Positions 50,430-61,944 of a DNA stretch of 64,000 bases are shown here, one piece after another. The stretch is taken from contig OX597832.1 in assembly GCA_951406725.2 (NCBI GenBank), positions 39,742,001-39,806,000 of the forward strand, written 5' to 3'. The number at the start of each line of letters is the position of its first letter. Position 1 is the stretch's first letter. Source of the stretch: Octopus vulgaris (taxonomy: Eukaryota). A program made the position numbers and the translations under genes. Below the pieces are notes generated by a model that was not told where the DNA came from, made no database searches, and worked only from the letters and a program-made list of their open reading frames with translations.

Positions 50430-50789
50430 TTGGAGGAAAGGAGAGGGGGGTACGAGGGATAGCTTGAATCAACAAAATATTACATAATGTGCAAAAGAGA
50501 GTTTACAGCAAGTTAATGGTCTCTTAACCTGCTAGAACTGGCAGCCAAATTTCCCTCAAGTAACCACTCTCCTCAACATCATCATCATCATCATCATCAT
50601 CGAACATCATTTTGCACATACTTTGCATATTGGCATGAATCGGACAATTCATTATGGTTCAGATCAGTTCTTGGTTGGAGTTTCTACCATTCTAGATGAG
50701 TCGAACAACCACATCCTGCTCCTGTGTTGCATTTTGGGAGTGGATTTTACAGCTAAAATCCTTTCTTAAAACCAGCCACTATACAAACT

Positions 50790-51016
50790 GTTCCGGTGCA
50801 TTTTTGTTGTGGAACCGGTGCCAATAAGGTTGTCTTGTCCTCAATTGGGCTTCTTGACACAATGAAAGAGATCTTGTACGACCGAAACCGGATTGCTTTC
50901 TTGGTCAGCCGAAAGCAGTTTTGGCACAAACTTGGCAGACACGTGTCTCATACCCAAATCTTCAGTGATAATGGACTGAACTGAACCATAACTAATCTGT
51001 ACACCCATGATAACTA
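50790..51016 (-). mobile_element. Mariner transposase fragment
   Basis: ISYGSVQSIITEDLGMRHVSAKFVPKLLSADQ. Confidence 0.82.
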
Positions 51017-51038
51017 TGTGTATATGCATGTGTGTATG

Positions 51039-51077
<39 letters not shown>

Positions 51078-52499
51078 ATGTATGTGTGTATGTATACATA
51101 TATAGATATATATATATGTATATATATTACCATCCAGATTACTCTGTTAAATGTAATGCTTATTTATTCACATTATCTTGAATTAATCATGCATTATCTT
51201 GAGGCTTCAAGAATTCAATGATGTGATTGTTTATTCTAAGAATAACATTACAGGATAAGTGTAAGAAGCCAGATCTGGCTGGTTTGAACATAGAAACAAG
51301 TAGAATATTTGGGCCCAAAATGGCCTGTTTAAATGCTAAAGGGTTAGCGGTCCTCTTCACCCTATGTTTTCTGCCAGTCGCTTTGCAGTGTATACTGTGC
51401 ATATTTTATAAAGGCAACAACCCTAGCCTTGTTGCTTTGTGCCCTGCAAGACTGAAGAATTTTCACTACACTTATTCACTCACAAGGCATTTGTTGGCCT
51501 ATGCAACAGTGTGAAGCACTTGCCCAAGGTGCTGTCCAATGGGACTTAAGCCAAAACCATGGAGTTGTGAAGCGGACTTGTTAATCATGCAAGTGAATAT
51601 GATTCTATAGGTGTTATGATATGCCATCGGCTTTGTGTAGCAAGAAGCATGCTTCCCAACCACATGGTTCCGGGTTCAGTCCCACTGCATGGCACCTTGG
51701 GCAAGTATCTCCTACTGTAGCCCTCGGGCCGACCAAAGCCTTGTGAGTGGATTTGGGAGATGGAAACTGAAAGAAGCTCATCATCATTTAACATCCGTTG
51801 TCCATGCTGGCATGGGTTGGACGGTTTGACCAGGGTTTGTAAGCTGGAAGGCTGCACCAGACTCCAGCCTGATTTGGTATGGCTTTCTATGGCTGGATGC
51901 CCTTCCTAACACCAACCACTCTGAGAGTGTAATGGGTGCTCTTACATGCCACTGGCACGTGTGCCATTTGCGTGACACCAGTATCTGCCACGACTGTGAT
52001 TTTACTTAGCTTGATGGGTCTTCTTCTCAAGCACAACATAATGTCTAGGTTTCAGTCATTCACCATTTCCTCCATGAATGTATGTGTGTGTGTCCGTGTC
52101 CTTGTGTTTGTCTCCCACTACCCCTTGACAACCTGTGTTAGTATGTTTACATCCCTGTAACTTTGCAGTTCGGCAAAGGATACCAATAGAATAGGTACCA
52201 GCCTTAACAAAAAACAAGTACTGAGGTCGATTCATTCGACTAAAAATTCTTCAAGGCAATGCCCCAGCATGGCCGCAGTCTAATGACTGAAATAAGTAAA
52301 AGATCAAAAATACAGAGAATGAGTCTTAAAATAGTGTTAAAAGGAAAAACGGCACAGATGAAGCACTTTGCTACAAATGCATGCACTTGTACTGTGTATA
52401 AAAAAAATGCTCCAATACTCCATGGCACAGTGGCTGAAAATAACCCCTTTCCGCAGTTACAGCAGTTAAATCTCCCTGTTACTCTACCCTTCTATTCCA

Positions 52500-52850
52500 T
52501 TACATATCCTGTAGTCTGGTTGACCGTTGGGGCACCCCTGATGACTTGGTGACCAGATCCCTCCACCCATCTTCGTCTTCTGCCTCACACACTGCATCCC
52601 TCATCTTTAGGCCTGCCCCCTCACAGATGTTGTTTTCCCTGCCCCTTACTCTGTCTGCGTCTGCTACCTTTGGCTGTTCCCTGATGAGCAGGTGACATGC
52701 CCAAACCACCTGAGCTTGTGTTTTTTTTACTGTGGTAAGAGGTTCCTCATAGGGCCCTGTTACCTGCTTTATTCTTCTTTTCACTTCCTCATTTGTGCCA
52801 CGATCTCTGCAGGATATTCCCAAAAGTCCCCTGAAACATTTCATTTCTGT
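52500..52850 (-). mobile_element. RTE-clade LINE, 3' fragment
   Basis: EMKCFRGLLGISCRDRGTNEEVKRRIKQVTGPYEEPLTTVKK and AEDEDGWRDLV. Confidence 0.82.
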
Positions 52851-52939
52851 AGCCTTATTATCTTAAAAAAAGAAAAGGCACATTAGTTGGGTATAAGATG
52901 TTTTCCTCTTTTGACTCTGCCTGTTTATTTTTATTTATT

Positions 52940-53231
52940 TATGCGCCCTTTTCAAGCCTAACCAGGCTCATGGTTTCTATGGCATATGTGTTCCCCCCAG
53001 CTGGACGGGACACCAGTCCATTGCAGCGTTACTCAAGAAACAGGAAGAAAGAGTGAGAGAAAGTTGGGGCGAAAAAGTACAACTGGGGTCGCCACCACCC
53101 CCTGCCGGAGCCTCGTGAAGCATTTAGGTGTTTTCGCTCAATAAACACACACAACACCCAGTCTGGGAATCAAAACCATGATCCTCCAATTGCATGTCCA
53201 CTGCCCTAACCACTGGGCCATTGCACCTCCA
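52940..53231 (-). mobile_element. SINE family D copy with internal insert
   Basis: Reverse complement of the family D head and of the CAGCTGGGGG.AACACATA..CCATGAGCCTGG tail. Confidence 0.75.
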
Positions 53232-54853
53232 CATTTATAGCATTACTGATTTAACCAACACTGATTTATTTGACATTGGATGCCTCTGTCCTCAGGTCAC
53301 TTTGGTGGCCTGAAAATTTTATTTTTATTCTTGTTGACAACTAACCTGTTGCAATGACTAATCTGCTTGCCTACTAAACTTCATTTAACTTTGTTTCATT
53401 TTATGCACACTAATGGACTAGTGAAAGTATTTATGTCAATTGGTTTCAGTTACTAAATTGTAATCTCTCTCTCTCTCCCCCTCTTTCATCATCATTATCA
53501 TTTAACATCCTTTTTCCATGTTGGCATAGATTGGATGGTTTGACTGGAGTCAGGGGCCCCACCAAGCTCCATTGTCTCTTCTGACATGGTTTCTACAGCT
53601 TAATGCCCTTCCTAATGCCAACCACTCCACAGTGTATTGGGTGCTATTTATGTGGTACCAGTACCTGTATCAATTCTGTTGTGGTCGATGAGCCTTTTTG
53701 AGTACAGCAAGGTACCAGATATCTTGATCCTTAGTCATCTCCTTCATAAGGCTCAATGTCTTGAGATTAGCCTTCAACAATTCGCCCCATGTCTTCCTGG
53801 GTCTCCCTCTTCCACAAGTTCCAGTTACTTTGTGATTTGCACTTCTGGTTGCAACTGTATATTTCTTCTTATTGTTGGTGTATGCCTCTAGTGCTAAAAT
53901 GTGCTGTTGTCAAAACAGATTCAATGTCCAAACAGCTGCACCTATTCAAGGACAGACAAAGAGATTAAGTTGATTACATCGACCCCAGTGTGTAACTAGT
54001 ACTTAATTTATCGACCCTGAAAGGATGAAAGGCAAAGTCGACCTCGGCGGAATTTGAACTCAGAACGTAAAGACAGGCGAAATACTGCTACACATTTCGC
54101 CCAGCATGCTAATGTTTCTGCCAGCTTGCCACCTTAGGGAGATTCTAGGGGTTGATGAGAATCAACTGGCTGTTTTGTTCTAGAGGACTTTTGAGCCAGG
54201 GCCCATGGTTAATTTCCAGAAGTCCTTGACCTGGCAGTGCTAGTGCAGGGCATTGTTAGTTCAAGATAAACTCTACAAGCATGGAAGTGCCATAAACTGA
54301 GCTTGCCCAACATGCATGCAGGGTGACTGAATTGTTCTGCATGCTCTCATTCAGGGCCTGAGCCTTGCTGTCTTGTGGGTTTATGTCGAACACCTGCTGT
54401 CACATGGCGGCTGGATTCGGCTGACTGCTGAGACCATTTTGAAGATCATCCTGCCGTCGGGAAAAGCAGGTAGTCTTTATTTGTTTGGTAGTTTTAGCAA
54501 AAGAGATTGCGTGGTGGACCTGATGGAAAGGGCTTCAAACAGATACTTTCCTCTTCAACCAAGCCCTCACCAACTTTTACAAGCTTCACTTGAAAAGGAA
54601 AGTGAAAGTAAAGAGTGCTGCCTCCTAATAATTTTGTTGAAAGATGGGTGAACATGTCAAGAATGGTCTGAGTTAATGGGCCAACTCTAAGCATACATCT
54701 CTAGATTGAGGGATGACAATGGGAAAGGGTGTTTGCCCTAGTGGTCTGGGCAACCATGGTTTTGTGAGGTTTCCACGAGCAGCCCTAGGAAGTCTCACTC
54801 TTTTGGGAAATTATTCATTGTTAGAATTTTATATTTAAGAGAAGAGGAATTAT

Positions 54854-54930
54854 TTACATTTGACTGATATTTGTCCTCATCTTGTTTCTGGTTAACAAAC
54901 AAGATGAGGACAAATATCAGTCAAATGTAA
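54854..54930. repeat. Perfect 34-bp inverted repeat with 9-nt loop
   Basis: TTACATTTGACTGATATTTGTCCTCATCTTGTTT - CTGGTTAAC - exact reverse complement. Confidence 0.95.
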
Positions 54931-55115
54931 GTAATGTAGAATTTATTTTGTTACCATTTCTTCTGCTTTTTACGTGCTTTTCCTTATGTAACCCCAATGT
55001 TGTACCAACCCCAACATTTTTTATGAACCTTCAGTGGTGAATAAAGAAAGCTTCCTTATTATCATCGCGGTTGTCGTCATCTTTATTGTTATTGTTGTTA
55101 TTATTGTTATTGTAG

Positions 55116-55534
55116 GTGATGGTGCTCCTCTTGAGAATATGTCTGCCCTCCGCCACCAAGTGGAGGCGATACGCGACAGCAGAGGACCGCAGCAGCAGCA
55201 GCAACAACCACAACAGCAGCAGCATCCACAGCAACCGCAGAGATCCCTGCCGTCTCCGTTACAAGCAGCAACCCATCCATTGCCATCATCCACATCCTTG
55301 TCAGCAGCGTCGTCGTCATCGTCAGCCTCGTCATTGTCTTCGTCCTCATCGTCGTCGTTATCGTCGTCCTCATCCCATCAGCTGTCCCAACACCACCACC
55401 ACCACCACCAGACCCCAGTGAACAACACCAACAACATGAGAGCCAGCTGCAATGTTGTTGCAGCCAATGCCTCCACCAATCTGAATAATGCCAGTGCCAA
55501 ACAGAACAACGTTGACCGAGAAGTTCAGTCCCAG
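55116..55534 (+). CDS. Coding exon of unidentified gene 2 (poly-Q, poly-S, poly-H, N-rich N-terminal region)
   Basis: tgtag|GT GAT GGT... DGAPLENMSALRHQVEAIRDSRGPQQQQ...HHHHHH...NNVDREVQSQ|gtatca. GC-rich open frame, phase 1 to phase 0. Confidence 0.8.
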
Positions 55535-55639
55535 GTATCATGCTTACTTCATCCTATCTCTCCTCTCTCCCTCTTTCCCTCTCTCTTTCTTTTTTCTCCC
55601 CCCCTCCAACACCGCCACAGTTGTAATTACTAATCATAA

Positions 55640-56075
55640 GCGTAAGAGTGGCTGTGTGGTAAGTAGCTTGCTTACGAACCACATGGTTTCTGGTTCAGTC
55701 CCACTGCGTGACACCATCGGCAGGTGTCTTCTACTATATCCTCGGGCCAACCAAAGCCTTGTGAGTGGATTTGGTAGACGGAAACTGAAAGAAGTCCGTC
55801 GTATATATGTATATACATATATATATATTTTTATGGTGGCACGTAAAAAGCACCATCCGACCATGGCCGTTTGCCAGCCTCGTCTGGCACCTGTGCCGGT
55901 GGCACGTAAAAAGCACCCACTACACTCACGGAGTGGTTGGCGTTAGGAAGGGCATCCAGCCGTAGAAACACTGCCAGGTCAGACTGGGCCTGGCGCAGCC
56001 TTCTGGCTTCCCAGACCCCAGTTGCACCGTCCAACTCATGCCAGCATGGAAAGTGGACGCTAAATGATGATGATG
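55640..56075 (+). mobile_element. Family B head + (TA)n + family C body composite
   Basis: B head to GAAGTCCGTCG, then TA tract, then GGTGGCACGTAAAAAGCACC...GATGATGAT. Confidence 0.8.
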
Positions 56076-58287
56076 ATATATGTATGTGTGTGCTGGTTTT
56101 TGGAACAGGTACACAATATCCCTGTTTGTCATAAAAAGCAATTAAAAGTTAACATCGGGGGAAGGGCTTCCACCCATAAAACTCTACCCCCAGAATCCCT
56201 ATTGTAACTCATGGAAAAGTTGGTAATAAAAACAGGGATGGTGTGGAGATTGAGAATACCTGCAGTAGGGGTAGAAGAAGGCTGGAGAGGAAATGGCTAA
56301 CTCAGATCTGAAAGCACAGTAGATTCGTCACAGTATTTTGTGGATTTGCCTGGCCAGGTCAGCAAATAAATATAGCCGTAAAATCGTTCAGGGTAATTGT
56401 GATCATCATCATCATCATTGTTTGACCGTGGTTGAGACAATGGAATTTACTATGTTACGCCAGACCTCATGGTCCATCATAGCATTGCAGAGGACCTGTT
56501 GCTGGATGCCTGTAGACAGGACCTGGTAAAGCAGGGGCTGGACCTACATCCACAGGTTCCCCGGGGAAGAGGAACCCTGGTGCAGTTAATTGTAAATTCC
56601 CTAGTCTTTTCAAATGGCAAATAATGTGTGCGTGCACTGCTACTGTCCACATTGGAAAGCATTGTACAACCAAGTACTAAAGAAGATCTTTCCTCCTCCA
56701 TGAAACAAACCTGTTCCCGCTGGACGTCAAAAAACCAATATTATCAAACTTCTTGAAGTGGTGAGCTGGTAGAATCGTTAGCACACCAGACAAAATGCTT
56801 AAGGACATTTTGTCCGGCTTTACATTCTGAGTTCAAATTCTGCCGAGGCTAACTTTGTCTTTTATTGTTTTGGGGTCGATAATATGAGTACCAGTTGAGC
56901 ACCGGGGTTGCTGTAATTGACTTACCCACCACCCTCACCCCTGAAATTGCTAGCCATGTGCGAAAGTTTGAAAGCAATATTATCAAATTTCTTGTATCTG
57001 ACAAAGTATATTTTTGGCTGAATTTAACTACGCAGAAATGCTTTTTCATTCTCTCTAACACACACACACACACACAAGAAGAAAGAAAAATCCTGTCTGG
57101 TTTGAGTGAAAATAGAAAAAGGAAAAGGAAAAAAAAAAGAAAAAGAGGAATTAAAATCCAATTTTGTTGTGGTCATGTCTGGCCATTTCTGCATTTATTG
57201 CCAGAAAACTGAGAGGATCATGGGAAACAAGATTAAGATATTTATGAGACTGAGAACTCTGCAATATTTAAGTTTAGCTCATCACCGCACGGTTGCGACT
57301 GCCGTCACTTTATAATTGTTCTTGTTACTGTTGTTGTTGTTGTTGTGGCTCTATAAAAAGAACTTTTACTAAATTTAACATTCTAAACTTGTCCACAATC
57401 ATTCACACACTCACACAGACATCTACGTTTTACTTGTTTCGGTCATTGGACTGTGGTCAAATTGACCTCATTACCATCTTCTTTTTTTTTAAGTCTCTTT
57501 TACTGAACTACAAAGTTATGGGGATGTAAACAAACCAACACCAGTTGTCAAGTAGTAATGTGGACACATAAACATACATATATACATACGTGCTTGAGGA
57601 AACCTATTAAGTCAAGTACATCAACATCAACATCAAAAAATCAAATGGAAATTGTAGTTGTGATACCTGTGCCGGTGGCACATAAAAGGCACCATTTGAA
57701 CGTGGCTGATGCCAGCGCCACCTTGACTGGCTTCTGTGCCAGAAGCACATAAAAAGCACCAACCGATCGTGGCCGCTGCCAGCCTCCCCTGGCACCTGTG
57801 CCGTGGCACGTAAAAAGCACCCGCTACACTCATGGAGTGGTTGGCATTAGGAAGGGCATCCAACCGTAGAAACACTGCCAGATCAGACTGGGGCCTGGTG
57901 CAGCCCCCTGGCTTCCCAAACCCCAGTCAAACCGTCCAACCTGTGCTAGCATGGAAAATGGACGTTAAACGATGATGATGATGCATACATGCAAAAATAC
58001 TCTGTTGTTTGTGTTGAAATTCAATGAAACAGATTTGGATCTCAATTAGAAACTGGCTCTTTTCTCTATTGGCAAGAAATCTTGAAATAAAACTGAATAA
58101 TGACATACCTTTGAATGAATGAGTAGAAAATTTTTTAAAAAAAGAGGCACTCAACACATTTAGTAGGAATTATATATATAATCATTTAAAACAGCTTGGG
58201 TCTAGCTAGGTTCCTGTGACAACCCTACGGAACTTTGTTACATGGGCCAAATCAAACTGGTTTAGATTATAATAATGATAATAATAA

Positions 58288-58722
58288 GCCTTTCTACTAT
58301 AGGCACAAGGCCTCAAATTTGTGGGGAGGGGAGTAGTTAATTACATCGACCCCAGTGTTTCACTGCTACTTAATTTATCGACCCCAAAAGGATGAAAGGC
58401 AAAGTAGACCTCAGCGGAATTTGAACTCAGAACGTAAAGGCGGACGAAATACCACTAAGCATTTCGCCTGGCATGCTAATCATTCTGCCAGCTCACCACC
58501 CTAATAATCCTTTCTGCTGGAGGCACAAGGCCTCAAATTTGTGGGGAGGGGAGTAGTTGATTACATCGACTCCAGTGTATCACTGGTACTTAATTTATCG
58601 ACCCCCAAAAGGATGAAATGTACTGTCAACCTTGGTGGAATTTGAACTCAGAACATAGCGACAGGTGAAATACTGCTAAGCATTTCATTAGACGTGCTAA
58701 CGATTCTACCAGCTTGCCGCCT
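58288..58722 (-). mobile_element. Tandem dimer of family A SINE with alternative tail
   Basis: Two units starting CCTTTCT.CT..AGGCACAAGGCCTCAAATTTGTGGGGAGGGGAG. Confidence 0.82.
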
Positions 58723-59659
58723 TAATAATAATAATTGTGTGTGGATGTGTGTGTGTGTGTGTGTGCACATACACAAGCTCACACAATTGTTTCAGTTGTT
58801 AGATTGTGGCCATCGCCTTGAGGAATTTGTATTATATATATATATATATATATATATATCATCATCATTGTTTAACGTCTGTTTTCCATGCTGGCATGGA
58901 TATATATATATAGAGAGAGAAAGAGAGAGAGAGGAGATAGGGTACGTTACGCCGCAATAATATATGTATAGAAATTAAATATAAATTACAAAATGGGACA
59001 AGAACGCGAAAACACACAAAGAAACGATACAAAAAAGCAGACGGGTCATTCGAAGCCTCTAATCTTCAGTCAGGAACCAGATCATCTTAGCAATTTCGGC
59101 TGATTAATCCTGATATCGCTCCGATCACGGCTATATATATATATATACATATAGATAAGAAAGTTGGTTTGTGAAAGCACGTGGGTGAATATATAGAAAA
59201 TAGTAAAAAGTGAAAAAACTACAGAAGGCTTAAATGTTAAAAAATATATATATATTTGCGTCAATATGTCTGAAGAATATTAAAAAATTTTAAAAAAAAT
59301 TTTTTTCTCTTATAATGACAATTTAAAAGAAAGACCGGTTTAGCTTTTCAAATTTCTTGCGACGTTATGTTTATGTTGAATAGAGTTATCGTTATGTTTA
59401 TGTGTGTCTTTCTGTCCATGTTTGTACCCCCTTCACCACCATAACTTGACAACCAATGTTGGTGTGTTTATGTCCCCATAACTAAGCATTTTGGCAAAAG
59501 AGACTGATAGAATAAGTACTAGACTTACAAAGAATAAGTCCTGGGGTTGATTTGCTTCACTAAAACTCCTTAAGGCAGTGCTCCAGCATGGTGGCAGTCA
59601 AATGACTGAAACAAGTAAAAGAATAAAAGAATATCTATAAAGATGCGTAATATTGATTT

Positions 59660-60285
59660 TAAATTTTGGCTCAATTCCAGCAATTTCAGGGCAGGGGTTA
59701 AAGTCAATTACATCAACCCCAGTGTTCAACTGATATTTTATCAACCCCAAAAGGATAAAAGGCAATGTCAACCTTGGTAGAGTTTGAACTCAAAATGTAA
59801 CGACTGACAAAATTCCACTAAGCTCTTTGCCCGGGGTGCTGACGATTCTGCCGGCACCCCGCCTTCATACACATGTAATATTGCGTTTAAATTTTGGCTC
59901 AATTCCAGCAATTTCAGGGCAGGGGGTTAAGTCAATTACATTAACCCCAGTGTTCAACTGGTACTTATTTTTATCAGCCCTAAAAGGATAAAGGGCAAAG
60001 ACGACCCTGGCAGAATTTGAACTCAAAACGTTAAGTCAGAAGAAATATCTATTTCATTACTACCCACAAGGGGCTAAACATAGAGGGGACAAACAAGGAC
60101 AGACAAATGGATCAAGTTGATTACATCGACCCCAGTGCGTAACTGGTACTTAATTTATCGACCCCGAAAGGATGAAAGGCAAAGTCGACCCTGGCAGAAT
60201 TTGAACTCAAAACTTCAAGTCCGAAGAAATACCACTCAGCATTTTTCCCTGCACAGTTGTGATTCTTCAAGCTCACCGCCGCCTT
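59660..60285 (-). mobile_element. Three consecutive family A SINE units
   Basis: Repeated AAATTTTGGCTCAATTCCAGCAATTTCAGGGCAGGGG plus core; the third unit carries tail type 1. Confidence 0.78.
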
Positions 60286-60584
60286 ATACACGTGTAATAT
60301 TTCTTGCAACCGCCCACGCACGGGACCCGGTTTTATAAAAATAGCCATGGCCAATGACCGTCTTGCGACTGATTCACACCAAATCTACTTTGTGTTTGAC
60401 AGAAGTAAGAACGTGGGTTTGAAACCACTACCCCTGCTGTTACTGTGTCTTCTGAAGTAAGGGGTGTGGGGTGGGGGTGATTCTGAATTTGGAATACAAC
60501 TGGTTCTGACAAGTTCTAACTGGTCTGGCTGTCAGGTAGGTGTATGTATATCTAGATAGAAATATTTATACCTACACGTGTGTG

Positions 60585-60654
<70 letters not shown>

Positions 60655-60974
60655 TACGTATACACGTGTATTTGTTGGTGTGCATATGTTCTGTTCTTGT
60701 TCAGTTGCCAACAGTGATATTTGTTACTACACTGGACTGTCTAGCTTTACCTTAGTCTCTTTTTTCTTTGTTTTTTTGGTTTTTTTCTTAAGTATGTTTT
60801 AGCCATATCAGCTACCCACTCCCCACCCCCTGCTATCCTCTATCCCTCTACACCATCTTCCTTTCTCTCTTTACACACACACATTCTCACTTCTATAATT
60901 GTCTGTCTGCCTGCCTGCCTATCTTATATCTACATAGGTATGTTTCTATGTGTTATAATAAAGGTGTGTATATG

Positions 60975-61015
<41 letters not shown>

Positions 61016-61018
<3 letters not shown>

Positions 61019-61407
61019 AGTGGCTGTGTGGTAAGTAGCTTGTTTACCAACCACATGGTTCCAGGTTCAGTCCCACTGCGTGGCACCTTGGGCAAGTGTC
61101 TTCTACTATAGCCTCGGGCCAACCAAAGCCTTGTGAGTGGATTTGGTAGACGGAAACTGAAAGAAGCCCGTCATATATATGTATATATATATATATATAT
61201 GTGCGTGTGTGTTTGTGTGTGTCCCATTCAACATTGCTTGACAACCGATGCTGGTGTGTTTACGTCCCCGTCACTTAGCAGTTCGGCAAAAGAGACCGAT
61301 AGAATAAGTACTGGGCTTACAAAGAATAAGTCCTGGGGTTCATTTGCTCGACTAAATGCGGTGCTCCAGCATGGCCGCAGTCAAATGACTGAAACAAGTA
61401 AAAGAGT
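61016..61407 (+). mobile_element. SINE family B, full-length copy in (TA)n
   Basis: Head to tail, with TA runs on both sides. Confidence 0.88.
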
Positions 61408-61452
61408 ATATATATATATATATACATACATACATGCTCTTGTGTGTGTTAA

Positions 61453-61645
61453 AAGAAGAGGAGAAGAAAACCAAGGCAGAACAAGCTTATCTGATCATTT
61501 AAAAAGATTTTAATTAATGTAAAGTTGGATCTGAGTAAGAACTTTTCCTTACTTTGATTCTCCTCTCCATTAATTAAAACATTAATTAAAATATTTTAAG
61601 TGATCTGATAAGCTTGTCCTGCCTTGGTTTTGTGCTCCTCTTCCT
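61453..61645. mobile_element. Palindromic MITE with TTAA flanks (Kolobok-like)
   Basis: TTAA|AAGAAGAGGAG..AAAACCAAGGCAG.ACAAGCTTATC.GATCA...TGATCTGATAAGCTTGTCCTGCCTTGGTTTT..CTCCTCTTCCT|TTAA; arms of ~65 bp. Confidence 0.78.
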
Positions 61646-61907
61646 TTAATTTATACCCGCTGACTTTGGAAGCGTGCTACAGATGTATGGATGTATTTAC
61701 AGACACGGCTCTGTGGTTACAAGGTTGGTTCACATTTATGTAGTTTCAGGTTCTATCCCACTGCTTTGCACTATATATATATATTTATATATAGGGCATC
61801 CAGCTGTAGAAACTCTGCCAGATCAGATTGGAGTCTGGTTCGCCAGACCCCAGTCAAATCGTCCAACCCATGCTAATATGGAAAGCGGACATTAAATGAT
61901 GATGATG

Positions 61908-61940
<33 letters not shown>

Positions 61941-61944
61941 TACA

